A stretch of 64,000 nt of DNA from Selaginella moellendorffii (GCF_000143415.4 NW_003314273.1:2542719-2606718); one strand, 5' to 3'. Shown: positions 24,589-37,922, numbered from the stretch's first letter. Notes: generated by a model from the sequence alone, not told the origin. Numbers and translations: made by a program.

Positions 24589-25789
24589 CTTGTGTTGTGT
24601 TTCTTTTCATAATATGAATTACTTAGTCTCGTCTATTACTTTTATTTTCCTACTTGGGCAATTTCACGAGCGCTGGGCCAAGCGCCCGACACGAATGTGT
24701 GAGGTATCTCTCTCTTTGTTTCTCTCGCTCCTTCTAGGGTTTCCTCCCTAGTGCTCCTGATGCATGCTCTGGAGCTCTGTGCTGCTTGTGATCAATAGCT
24801 CATCTCGTGTGATCTGTTTATCCTCCTCCTTTCTTCTCTTTCTCCCCCTTTTTTTCTGCAAAAGTTGGAGACTTGATCAAGAGAGAAGCACCTGATATCA
24901 GTATACAAAAAGAAAATGGAGGAATAAAATCATGTCAATAATATAGGATACTTACAGTTTAGAAAATGTTGTTTCTTTTAATTTATTGTTTTTTCTTCCA
25001 AATATATGTATTATTTCACTTTAAAAGGAAATAAAATATAACTCTTAGTCAACCTTTTTATGTTTCAAAGAAATGTCTTAAATTTTCACAACCAATCAAT
25101 ATTATAAATACAATCATGGTAAAAATACATTGTTCATTTTGATTATGTTGGAAAGTGCATGATTATACTTTAGAGTTTGTGTTTGCTAATGATGATTACT
25201 TTCTTAAGAATGTTTGAATGCTTTATTTTGAAGAGAAAATTGGGAATGTTAAGTTTTCCAAGAGCAAAGAGTCAATAAAAATGATGCAATCTAAGAGAAT
25301 TAACCATAGAAGGCAACTATATTACTGAAGAATTTGTTATGCCAAACAGCAACATGGTTTCCTTTATTTTTTTTTATAGTTTTTATGCAATTTCTTTTTT
25401 ATGACTGGTTTGTCTTTAATTCTATGAATGCTATAGCACCTAATAAGGATCTTGTTTAGATTGCATAGCATTGAATATTAATGTTAATATCTTAGCCATT
25501 GCACATTATGATAAATTATGGGTAATGGTGTTGCCACTATGGCCTCTTACCCTCTACTCTTTATTCCATTGAGATTGTTCTAATGAAATTCCTATGAAGT
25601 CTCCAGTTTTTAAATAGTTAGAACAATTTTTATGTCCTTCAGTGTGGAGAGCTCAATAATATTATTTTCAGAAGTTTAATGACTTAGCCTTCAGGTTTAC
25701 ATAGCTATGTTTGGCCAGACATCCTTTTAACTTAGAGGATAATATATAATTTTATATATAGAAAGTGGGAGTTGTAATTCTTCCTAGAG

Positions 25790-27450
25790 AGATCTAAAAG
25801 ATGGCAAAACATCATCAACTTGTCATCTTGGGTGACTACTAGCTTTTCAGCTTCCAACTCAACAACTACTAGTGGCTGAGCTTGAGTTACACTTTGTAGT
25901 AACCAGCCTTCTTTATTGAGACCGATTGACATGAAGGCAAAGCATTGTCTACTAAAAGTGGCACCAGTGGATACTGTGCCTCCTACCTTTGTGTGGTGAT
26001 AGCAAATGTTTCCAAGTTGTAAGGGGAATCTGGTGTGTCTGGAGACTCTGTTTACATTTTAACATATTGCACCTATGAGTCGAGGACACCTAATATGACC
26101 TCTGTTCCCATACCCTATCTATTCACTATGGTGACTGGCTCAATCGGATATAAACACCCCTATCCAGAAGATCCAAGTCCCATGCCTCCCTGCCAACCAT
26201 GTTGGTGCAAGAGTTGATAATCAATATTATCACTCTTGAACTGTCTTATCCACAGATATAAGCCAACAATCCACTCCTCATTCTCGTTGACACCAATATG
26301 ATCTTGAGAAGTGAACGAGATTCACTAAATCTGCTGAACCTTTTCCTTTCTGATCTGACTTGGTTTTGGACCAACTGTGCATGGCTTGTGCTGAAAAACT
26401 TGCTGCTGTGGAGGCCAAGGAGTAGGTGTGGAAACAATAGCATGGTTTCCCCACATTTGTATTGTCTAAGTAACCTCATAGTGGTGGAATTTGGTTATAG
26501 CCCTACTCCTAAGCAGCAGCAACTGGTCCTTGCCCCTGGCCAGAGTATCTTTGGCCTTGGCCATGCCAGTCTGTTGTTGCCTCAATGAAGTTGTCTCTAT
26601 TTCTATCTGATTCAACCTCTTGGTCATCTGCTATTGACTTTCCTTGAAAGTGCCATCAAAGAGCATCTAAGTAGAGGAAGGAGTAGATCTCTACTAATAC
26701 ACTGTATGACAGTCCTCCTCATACACCACTGTTCTTTTTTAAAGCAACCTCTTCTGTTCTTGAGTGAATTATATAACTTTGTCCAGCTTCTTTAAGCACT
26801 TCCCACAAACTTTGTGAGCCAAAACAATTCATATATGCCTTTACCACCCGAGCTTCATTGCACTATATGTTCATGTTCTCACACTTATGAATATATTGTT
26901 TGAAGTGAATATGATACTCATAGATGGACTCTTACAATTGCATCTTGTATGCATTAAGCTTAGCCATGATGAAATCAAATGTGTGCATTATCTCAAATCA
27001 CTGCACCAAACACTAAAAATCTCAACTCACTTCAAGATATTTGATGACTAGACAATCACTTGCATGCAACTCATTTTATCACCAAATGAATCAAGAAAAC
27101 ACTTTCTAGACAGCTCAAGTCCAGGTGCTTCCACCCATATACCCCATTTACAAATCCAACATAGATCTAACAAGAAACAAACATCAAAATCCTTAAATCC
27201 CGACACAAACCTTGCCATTTTGGATTCATTGGATAGATTATGTTATGGCACCTCTTCTGCAACAAGAATCAGCTCAATCCACTCTATATTTTGCAAGAAT
27301 TCTTCCATATATCAAATCACCCAAAACCTTAACTTTTCACTTCCATTCCTCTCAATCCTTTTGCAGATTCAAAGGGTGAACAAGCCAAGAAGTCACTCTA
27401 TCCTGTCTGGTGCACCAAAAATGTGGAGGAGAGATATGTTCTAACCTTGA
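25790..27450 (-). mobile_element. Degenerate G-patch retroelement-like remnant, unit 2
   Basis: FKSDNIDYQLLHQHGWQGGMGLGSSG*GCLYPIE at ~26139-26240; paralog of 3830-4776. Confidence 0.5.
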
Positions 27451-27554
27451 AACCCTAGAATACACTATATACTATAGAATATGCTTGACATCACTTGACA
27501 AGATACTCTAATAATTTAGTGTCAACATGCAAGAAAAATCATCGTAAGCAAACC

Positions 27555-28210
27555 TTTCATCCCTATCAACAGTGATTCATTCCACTCGAGTTGGACATTG
27601 CTTCATGGCCTCACACGTTTTGTGGAATTGGTTCATCTTCATTCGCAAGCCATGATACAGCCTTGAAGCTCTCTCCATTTCATTCAGCGGTATCCTGTGA
27701 TGCTTCGTACGAATGACTAGTATCTATAAGCAAGAAAAGACTTACCAAGAGCAATGAAGGTAAGACCTCGACTTCCACTTGACAAGGTAATGCTTCATCA
27801 GGTCTTCTTCTGCCTTCTTGCCTGCCTCCGTCTTCCTTCTCCGTGAGAGTGCATAAAACTCCTGTTAGTGCTTCCCTCTTGCAGCAAGATAACCTTTGCC
27901 AAGCCAATACCAATAATTTGAGAATCTACTTAGCGGCTCCTCCTGAAACAAAAATAAATACATAATGCCAGTATGAGAAACGAAAGACATTCGTGCACAC
28001 TAACACAACAAACCAGGGCATCTCGAGCTACTTTGCCACCACTCTTGCAAATGGTGCAAAAATCTTTCCTCACCGCCCCATCCAGCTCCATCTCCCCACG
28101 AAATAGGATGCCTTCCTCCCTGGACGAAAACCTAGAACTAAAAAACAATGGAAGAAATATGAATGCCATACCTTCCAGCTCGATTGGGAGATGGATCGGA
28201 GGGAGGACAT
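27555..28210 (-). pseudogene. PKL: CHD3/PICKLE 5' fragment (partial PHD, chromodomain 1, start of chromodomain 2)
   Basis: DFCTICKSGGKV..RCP, intron, EEPL; then MKHYLVKWKSRSYLHCSW, intron, IPLNEMERASRLYHGLRMKMNQFH..RVE*ITVDR; deletions and stops; no SNF2 ATPase. Confidence 0.78.
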
Positions 28211-28698
28211 CCTTCTTCTCGCTGAGAAAGTACCATGTCCTAGCCGATGCCAAGAGCCTGCATTCCCTGGTCGTTTTCAGCAATACCACTGTGGAAGCCC
28301 TCTCCAAACCGACCTCACTCCATTAATGTTGTTGTTTTTATTGCCGGTTTACTTTTACACTTACCTAATACCCAATCTGGCATGGCGTTTTGGACGAGAT
28401 TCTCGCTGCTCGAGGCGGATTTAGGAGTTAGGAGGGCGTTGATCTCGCGCTAGATCGCCTCGCCCCTTGACGCCAAACCGCGCCTCGCTCTGGATGGTTC
28501 AAGAAGCCCGCGAGTCCACTCGGTGGTGGATGAAAAGATGCAGAAACCTCTGTTGGAACCTCGGGCTCCATCGCGATGGTTCTAAACGTTTCTGAGGTAC
28601 TATGAAAGAGCAGATGATTTATCAACCAGTTTGGTTGAAGAACTCGGAGTAGTTCAACAAACATAACTTTTTTAAACTTCTAATGCCACGAACATGCA

Positions 28699-30461
28699 TC
28701 ACATTTTACTGAGTACAAGCGGCACTCCATGGATAGGCTTCAAGCCAAACTTCATCGCAGGATTATGGCGGTAGTTCGGTGAAAGCCGGAACGAGAATCG
28801 CTGTAGTATCATAGCCAGAATGACTTTGGCTTCGATCATCGCAAACGACTGGCCCACGCACACCCGCGGCCCAAACGAAAACGGCATGAAAGCATTTGGA
28901 TGCTTGCACGCGCTTGAGATCCCATCTTTGAAGCGATCAGGATTGAATTGGCCTGCATCTTCTCCCCAGAGCTCCTTATCCTGATGCAATCCAACGATTG
29001 GAAACGACACAGATACTCCTTTTGGAACGTGTAAAACTTGCAGCCAACACTCCTCCACACACTCCCTGGTCATCTCGTTTACTGGTGGATACAGCCGCAG
29101 AGTTTCGTAAAGGATCATTCCCACCTGTTCAAGAATCAAGAAGTTAAGTTTTGGAATTAGGAGATATTGATCGACTTACGAGCTTGAGCCTGCTGACACT
29201 CTCGCCATCAGGAATATCATTGCCACATACTTCGTGTACCTCAGCACGGGCGCGTTCTTGCCATTCAGGATAGCCTCCCAGTAGCATCAAAGTCCAGGTT
29301 AGTAAGGTCGCTGTGGTTTCATGCCCCGCAATGTAGAATGTCTTGCATTCCTCTATCAGATCCCTGCTTGTGAAATTACTGCTGCTGTCACACTCCTTTA
29401 GCATCAGTCCGAGTAAGTCATTCCCGTATGTATTGCTCCCCCCTGACTTCACTGAGTTCCGACGCTCGTCTATGATCCCAGTGATCAGATAATCCAACTC
29501 CTGATGAAGCTTCCACAGTCGAAGGTTGATTGGAAGTGGGAGAAACCTGTAAGCAAGTGAATATGATTCAGTTCAATAGATGATCCAGCATACCTGAAGC
29601 CTGGAATCCAGGAAAAGCTGACGAGTTTGGGCACTAGCTCTGGGATTTTCTTGGACAATATCTCGAAAACTCTCTGGCCTTTGAGATAGCTAGTTCCAAA
29701 TGCTGTATGGGAGATAACGTCTCCTGTGAGCTTACGCACCTCTCCAGAGATTTCAATCTCGGGATTCTGCTGCATCGTAGCTTCACATTGATCAAGCATG
29801 CGAGATGCGCACCCTGCGATTGTACTGGTCATTTGCTGTTTACAGGAGAATCAGAAACACTTATTAGCCAGATTTCATGAGAAGATAATAGTATGAATAC
29901 CCACTTTAATACGTTCATGAAAGAATGCCGGTGCTACGAGTCGGCGGTGATGACTCCACTCCTCTCCAGTAACAGAAACTAATCCACCACCAAGGAACAA
30001 GTTCGCCAACCGCAGCCCGGCCTCCGATTTATCAAATTGAGAAAACTTTTTAGACAAAACCTCCCTTACGATCTCAGGCTCCGAGACCAATATCCTTGGC
30101 TCAGTTCCCCACCAGAACACAAATCTCTTCCCTGGACCATGATCATCAGGAACGAAGCTTTGAGATTCATCAGGGATGACAAGAACATACCATATTGCTT
30201 CCGCCATTTGAGCAACGCAGGATGTACCCGATGGAAAATGTCGTGGCTGAAACTTTCCATGTCGTGATCCTTGATGGCGCTCCTCATGTTCTGGATTTCA
30301 GGTATTTGGCCTACCATGAATCGGGGTGGAGGCCCCTGAATGCCCTCCTTCTTGAGCTGCGCGGCGATCGCCCTGGGGCGCCACCAGTAGACCGTCACGA
30401 ATCGCCATAGCGCTGCAGTGAAGAGGACGATGCAAATGCTCAAGATCCATCTCCCTTCCAT
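28699..30461 (-). CDS. Cytochrome P450, CYP72 clan (copy 2), 5 exons, 510 aa
   Basis: Constant 9909 bp offset from copy 1: exons 30461-30191, 30131-29905, 29835-29594, 29546-29180, 29124-28699; all motifs intact. Confidence 0.95.
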
Positions 30462-32762
30462 TTCCTGGACTAAGGGTAAAATCTGTGGGAATGGATACAA
30501 ATAAGGATCTATCCCTAAGAAACTACTTGGAACTTGTAGCGTTACACTGTTACTCATTGATTTGTGGTGTGGTTCCTCACTCTTCAATGATATTGGACGA
30601 CATCGCAAGTACGTCAAATTCAAACTAGAGTTTTTAACTGTTTATAGATATGGATACGCTCAGTATACATATATTTTTCTAGCCATTGGATTGAAACAGC
30701 ATAGTTTAGAATATAGCCATCAATCGGCATTGTGGAATAGATAGGACTGCCACAGTGGATCACACTAGTTTGGGCTTACATTGCTTCACCAGCCACTGCA
30801 CAATAGAAACTACCCCTGCAAAATCCTCTGAATTGAAAAGAGATGGAAAACGTATATCTTAGATGTACCACCACCGCTAACACTGCATTTGAAGTCCATC
30901 AATGGCTTCTCTCACCCGTGGGGTGTCGCTCAGATGGCAGGGATCATCAGGGCAGAGTTACATGCTGGGCCTCAAGAACGTAGTGGAGCATCGCAACTGG
31001 GTTGAAAGTGTGATGGGATCACCAAGAAGACGATCATCCTCCCAGACAGTGACAATGATCACCACCACCCACAACAGTGCAAAGTCTTCGACGGTGATGA
31101 GTAAGAGTGGCAAACACAGAGTGGCAGCCACAGGGAAAGAATGCTTTCAATACAACTAAGACAGGATTCATTGTCTAAAACAATTATATATGTTTTAACA
31201 ATGAATCATTGGACATATGAAAGTGAGCCATTGAAAAACAAAGTAGTTTTTCATGTAAACTGCAAGTACTTCTAGGAGATGTCCACAACACAGGTTGAGC
31301 TTGGTGTTATACTCTCTAGACAGGTCCTTGGAAAACTAGAACCATCCAGTCTAGTCAAGTTTCATTGCATATAGTCAATGAGTGTTTTCTAAAGCACCTA
31401 AGCACTATCGTTCTTGAGGAATGAAAACTTCATAACATGTAGATGTGAGCAATCTAGTAGAATTCTTTTGCAAGCCCAACAATTCAGTTTCCAGCACAAA
31501 AACCCTTAGTGTTCAAAAACACAGCACAATGATTTTAAGTGTTGTAATAAAACCTAAAATTTAATTCAAAACTTTTATATAAAAAAGAAAAGTATTTTAA
31601 GAATGAAAATAGATTGGATGTTGTATTTTTAATAAATTGTTCCATTTTCACAAAATATCAAACTTAATTGATAATACCAAGTTGTCATTCAGACTTTGAT
31701 AAACTGTTAACCTATTGTGACAAGTGTGAAAATTCATTTGTGTTAACATTTTGATTTTGAGATGATACTAAATCTAATCTGGCATTGGAATATATACATT
31801 TTTACATTATCAAGATAAGTCAATGTAGCTTCTTCATCAAAACTCAAAACACGCCATGCTAAATTTATTCTTTATAATTTGAATAAATGTAAAATGTTTG
31901 TCATTTTTTTGGAAGTTGTGATATGCATTACATATTTTCTTTAATACATCAATTATAACATTTTTCACTTTGTGAAAGATATTAGCATTAGCTACAATCA
32001 CACCATCAACATCCACTATAATATATATATATTTTTAATCGAGTTTGATGGAACAAAAAATAATTTAATATTAAAAATAAAGTACCATATCATATGTACA
32101 GAGTTATTTTTTATAAAAATTTAATTAATTATTTTGCACATAATGATTAAATATAATATTGCAATGTTTTTCTTAATATAAAAGATAACTAAAATTAAAT
32201 ATAATCAGATATTTTATCTGTAGATCAGGGATAGAGTAATCAGTAAAAAATAATCACTTCAACATTTTGGATAAGTTCATTTTAAGTTTCTCAATATTGT
32301 AAATGTAGTTACACAACATACAAAGTTAATTATGCAAAAGTAAAGATGTTTATAATATTGCAACCTGAAAGTGTAAATCTTGACATTTTTCTATGTAGAG
32401 AAGGCTTTGCAACCATAGTACTTGAATATATGCATTCTTCATATGTTGTGAATAAATCTTAGCTCAAAATTAATCAAGATAGCTTTTGTGTGTGGAAGCA
32501 GCTCATATAAACCAAGTATGACATCATTGCTATATCTGCACTGAAGTATTGGGCCAAAACTTTAAACATAAATGTAATAAAAGTCCAAAAATCAAGCATT
32601 ATACCTTTTTGTTGCATTTGTATGTAATGTTTGAGGTTATGATAGGCCTACTTGGCTTGATTTTCAAATATATTTATTTCTTTTTAATGTAATCTGTTAC
32701 ATTATAACCTAATATAAGGAACCCTTTTTTAACACTGATATGTTTCTCGAGAGAGCACTTAC

Positions 32763-32830
32763 TGAGTGATCAGTTCTCTCATTGAGTGATCGGTTCATCA
32801 GGAAGCTCTTCCTGAGTGATCGGTTCATCA
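32763..32830 (+). repeat. Three short direct repeats TGAGTGATCRGTTC
   Basis: Copies start at 32763, 32783 and 32813, just before the WEE1 fragment. Confidence 0.8.
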
Positions 32831-32860
32831 CTATATTCAAGAGAATTTTTCTCTTTGCAG

Positions 32861-33580
32861 GAGGAAAGCACTGAGAGAAGTTCAGGCACTTTCATGTCTT
32901 GGTGAGTTGGCTTTTTTCTTTTAGTATTACCACTGGCTTCCTCAAAACTTATCCAGCTTCTAGGTTACCATGAAAATGTAGTGCGCTACTTCTCTTCATG
33001 GTTCAAGAATGACTTTTTATATATCCAAATGGAGCTGTGCGAGATGAATCTATGAGATGAGATGGACATTCACGAAGAAGAAGCTGATCGAGGCAATGTT
33101 TCAAGTAAGCAGCTCAGTTGTGTTCTTTTCTTAGTTTGTCATGCATGACAGCTCTTAAATGCTTTGAAGCACTTACACTCACATGGCCTCACTCACCTAG
33201 ATGTGAAGTCTGACAAGATCTACATCCGCAATTGTGTCTACAAGATTGGTGACTTAGGCCTTGCTAGTCGAATTGATGGAACCATTTCCATCGAGGATGG
33301 CAACTTGAGATATCTCCTGATGGAGCTCATCAACGATGATCACAGCCACCTTGACAAAGCTGACATGTTTTCCCTGGGGGCAACATTCTACAAGCTCACG
33401 AGATACTCACCACCACCAGTGTCTAGAAGGCAGTATCAAGCCATCTGCTAGGGAAAGCTCACTCTTCTTCTTGGATTTTCTCTTACGTTCCAGAGCTTGA
33501 TCAAGTCTCTAATGCATCCAGCAGCAAAAAATCACCCCTCGGCTGCTCAAGCTCTCAAGAACACACTCTTCAAGAAGTCC
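32861..33580 (+). pseudogene. WEE1: WEE1 kinase C-terminal fragment with introns
   Basis: RRKALREVQALSCLG | YHENVVRYFSSWF..LYIQMELCE | HLDVKSDKIY..YKIGDLG..IEDGNLRY..HLDKADMFSLG; in-frame stops, degenerate catalytic loop, N-terminus absent. Confidence 0.88.
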
Positions 33581-35344
33581 TCCAATAATAAGGAAGAAGT
33601 GCTAATGTTTGCTCTCGGCCAATGGGAGGCAGCCAAACTGCATGGGGTGGGAGAAGAAGGTGGTGTGACACATGTCACATGCAAATGTGTTGATTGTGAT
33701 TGTGCTTGTTGCCTGTCTTGTTGAGCGAAAAAGCTATTGCGAGTTTTGCATGTGCCCAATGACATGGCAAAAATTAAGCAAGCCTTTGGGCCAATAGTTG
33801 TGATTAACCCAAAGTTAATCAATTGTTTCATTCAGGATCTCTCTCTCTAGTTAGTGATTCTAATGTGGGGTCTCAAGACTATGTATATTACAATTACCAG
33901 TCATTGCCAAATGATGTTTTCTTGCAGCAGCAACAAATTCTAGATGATGTAAAGATGGGTGAAGAGAGTAGTGAATTAGGTTTGTGTTTATCTTGATAAA
34001 GTAAAATTTAATCACTTTTCTTTCCAGAATCTAAGCACTTCACACAGCTTAGTGCTTCAGCTACTTAGTCTATTCTAATATAGTGTTTTACAGCTTGAGG
34101 AATAGGTGTACAAGAAGACTTTAAACATCTGTTACATTTTCAAAGTCCCTTTGCTATTTCAGTGGTACTAACACTTGGCTTTTTTGCTTCTTAAACCTTC
34201 TTTATAGCTAGATCCAGACATTTAGACACAGACTTCCAGCCAAGTGCCCCGTGGGTTTTAGAATATTTTTTTTAGTTATGGGCTTGTAATGGGATTTTTT
34301 AGCTAAGCACAAATTATATAGCATTCTAGACCCTAGCGTATGGAATCTGATTGCTTCCTTTGAGGAAACACAGTATGCATGTGTTCATATTATGGATCTA
34401 TAGCTTCATTCAAGTGGTGAGCTGCTTCTTATATATGTATTATCTCGGTATAGCAGTTATGATTTCCAATATAAGGTCCACTCAACAAGTATGGCGTCAA
34501 CATTAAGGTTCCTTAACATTGATTTCACTGACAGCTATGGCATGCACCTTGTGATAGCTTCAATGGCAACTAACATTGCTGATAAATACAACCACCTTTT
34601 CAAGCCATCTAACTAGCTGTGTATTCAACATTACAAGGTTAGAGTTAAGAATCTGAAATATCATTTTGGGCTCCATTGTTTCTCATTAGATATTTCTATG
34701 GCCGCACATGTTCGAGCATGGCCAGAGAAGGCTCCTCCAATGCTTGATTTTGTCAGACCATCAAACATTGTTTTACTGAGTTAGTTTGTAGGGGATGCTT
34801 TTGCTGTAACAGTTGTTGTGGCAATCACTAGTGTAGATCAAACGCTTAACACTACAAACATCATATTCATTGATGATGATCTGAAGCTGAAAACATCTAT
34901 AAGGTATTTGTAATATTATGACTGGATTTTTTGGATGAATTTCAAAAGTAGGTGCATATGCTAGGTGATATGGACCATGTCTATCATGAGCTCAAATCAT
35001 CATGGTTTGCTGGGGATATGCCAAGTTGTAGTTTCTACAATCTTCGAGGAACTAAAGATAAAAATGTGTTCAAGATTGCACCCTCAACTATTGTCTTGAA
35101 AATTCCACCTTGGGACCACATACAAAAGCAGTTGCACTCTATCTTATTCATATATGGAAAGAACTTCTTTGGGGTATATCTTTCTTGATGTATACCAGTA
35201 GTTTAGAATGTATGTTTTGTTAATAGGTGCATGGGCATTTCATCCTTGAAAACCCTCAAACAATTTTTATTTGTTGCAACTGCCATGTTTGCAAAAAGTT
35301 TAGGGTCAAGAAACAAATGTGAGATATTAGTTGGTGTCACCATT

Positions 35345-36018
35345 TGTAGCGTATGTGATCATGGGATGAGATTTGGATATACTATCATCGTGAATTCTTG
35401 GAACCTTGGGGGATAAATGGGGATAAAATAGCCATTAAGGGCTCTTTCATCAAGCAATTGCCCTTTTTCCAGTTGGCTTAAGGGGAGAGAGATAAGGTGC
35501 GCTACAGTTGGTATTGGAGCAAATGGCACGGGTTCGATTTCCATTAATTAGTGGCTACTTAAAAGTATAATATACCCTTGAGCAAGGTATATTCCTACCC
35601 CTAAATTTAAAATCGTACGTATTGCGCATCCATGCGTACGTCCTTCCTCTTGTGTGGTGTATCCACGGACGAAGGTATCCATTGTGGGATTGCGGTACGG
35701 GTGGATGACTAGTTGCCTCACATGGAATAGCTGGTTTACACAATGGAAGGATTGGTAGATTGAGTGCGGAAATGGAGGTGCTGGTTCCCCTTGGCTTAGT
35801 AGGGGTTGCTAGTCAATAGTCAATAAGGACATTGACATTTCTAAAGGGGGGGTGAGTGTAGCGCATGTGATCATGGGATGAGATTTAGATATACTGTCAC
35901 CGTGGATCCTTGGAACCTTGGGGGATAAATGGGGATAAAATAGCCACTAAGGGCTCTCTCATCAAGCAATTGCCCCTTTTCCAGTTAGCTTAAGGGGAGA
36001 GAGATAAGATGCACTACA
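35345..36018 (+). mobile_element. TRIM (miniature LTR retrotransposon), 674 bp
   Basis: LTRs 35345-35506 and 35857-36018 (162 bp, TG..CA), PBS TGGTATTGGAGC, PPT AAAGGGGGGGTGAG, 5 bp TSD CCATT on both sides. Confidence 0.95.
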
Positions 36019-37922
36019 CCATTGCAAGAACAAACGAACGTTTTTTCAAAATTTGCAAGTTCATGGAAAATTTTATCTAGATACTGGCCACCCCTAAGAC
36101 ATTTACATGGAGGACACTTATATAGACCAAACATATGATCTCACTCCTAGCCAATTTCTAAGAATGCTCACTTCTACTCGAATGCCTAGGGCAATCAAAC
36201 TTTTGGAGACAAAGAAGCCATCAACAGGTCACTTCTTATTCTTGACTGGTGCTGATTAAAGCTCGCTAAAAGTTATTGCATTCAAGACTGATTAAAGTAT
36301 TGTGCACTTTCATTTCTTGTTCTAATATACTTTCATTTTCTGTTTGTACAATATATTGTCTATAAGCTTGTTGCATAGTTGTATAGGGGATCTATTGTAT
36401 TATTACAACCTCAAAATCTCTTGCAAGACTCTCCACCAAAGCAGGCATCCTAATCATCTTAGTGACTTCTTTAAAATGTCATAGATGATAATTTTGAACT
36501 ATACACTGCGGCTTTAAATTCAAAATTGTGTGGTACACAATTTAACTTGGTGGCTACACCATTTCTAACGGTACCTGTGGCCTTTGTTTAACTGGCCAAA
36601 GAACAAACATCTATCTCGCCTACAAGCTGCTAACCTCAAGCTTGGGAGCTTTGTTGCTCATTTCTTCGTCACTTGAATTGAGTGGACAATTTTGCATGGT
36701 ACAAACATAAGGGATTGATAAAATGAATCAAAATATACACTTATCTTCAATAAATTTGGCAATGCCAGGTGTAGAGGCTACTCCTCCAACCTGTAAGGCG
36801 ATTGAGTCATGCTCGATTAGAAAAAAAAAGAAAGGCTTACCAGGAGGATATATGACAAAAACTTCATCTTTAAGTACTACATACAACTGGATGGCTTTCA
36901 ATAACCACTGATGCAACTGACACATACTTCAAATCTTTCTTAGTACCAGCTATCTACATGCAGCACAAGTTATTTGTAAAGCTCAAGGGCCGCTATCACT
37001 GAAAATTGTGGCTAAGTTCAAGTGACACATTAGGAATGTCCCTAAGATTTAATAAATGACAGTATACCTAACTTTCTCTATAAACAAGACCATTCATGAG
37101 GAGGCATGGATATACTTCGAATAAACCAAGCTTGTATACAAACCAGTTGCTTCCAAATGCTTCCTTTCTATAATCTTCACCATTCTTCAATTTGGAAAAA
37201 AACTCCATAGCATTGGCTTTTGTCATAATCCTATGAATTTTGCAAGCATTAGCATCGGAGTTCAAATTAACAGCAAGTTACCTTAGTGACTAACAAATCC
37301 TTTAGCGAAGGGAATTGGCCTTGGTATAGTTTTCTTCAGAATCTTCAGAATAAGAGTCCAAAACCTACAATGCAAAGAAGTCTCATCATACTGGAAATCC
37401 CAGGAAACTCTCATATTTCTTAGAAACTCAAAAGCATTATAAACTCCTCTTGTATTCTAACGGTTTTTATGAGGGGCCAATTCCTGTGCTGTTGTTGGAC
37501 CCATAAAAGACATCTTGATATGTCCTACAATTCATGTGAAGTTAGAAAAGCACGTGAACTCACATGATGTACCTCTCCACCATATGCAAGAATTTTCTGA
37601 CAGACTAATATAGACACTTTGTCCTAACAATAGAAAAAAATTATAGGTAAAATAGCAATGAAAATTTTACACAGCCTTGCCTCAACACAAATTATAGAAG
37701 TGACCTAAGCCCCCATTTAAACTACACATGCAGATGAAACGTCATTCCCAAATGTAGCTGAAATGCATTCTTACACTTGACATCATCAAACTTAAGCATA
37801 AGGAAGCTGGAGAAGAGGTACTTGGTGTACAACTATAGATTTAGTTTTTCCCTTCACCTGTGTGCCTGGCTTGATCTTGTGCTGCTGCTGGTGCTGTTGG
37901 AGCGCTTGACCCTCTCAAAAAT

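Noticed and set aside
27973-28326. Plus-strand 117 aa ORF
   Set aside because: Antisense of the PKL-like fragment; no domain.
18790-30461. Specific CYP family name (CYP734/735/714/715/709)
   Set aside because: The clan is supported by motifs and intron pattern, but family assignment needs a phylogeny that I cannot run.
13265-32720. Units 1 and 2 as pure haplotype mis-assembly
   Set aside because: They are contiguous across their junction, differ by many private indels, and further diverged copies flank them; judged unlikely, though read data are needed to exclude it.
32763-32830. CRISPR-like repeat-spacer pattern
   Set aside because: Only three 14 bp repeats with 6 and 16 bp gaps, in eukaryotic DNA with no cas genes.
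32861-33580. Functional WEE1 gene
   Set aside because: In-frame stops, a frameshift, altered catalytic residues and no N-terminal exons.
35345-36018. Cassandra-type TRIM carrying 5S rRNA sequence
   Set aside because: No 5S A/C-box sequence is recognisable in the LTRs.
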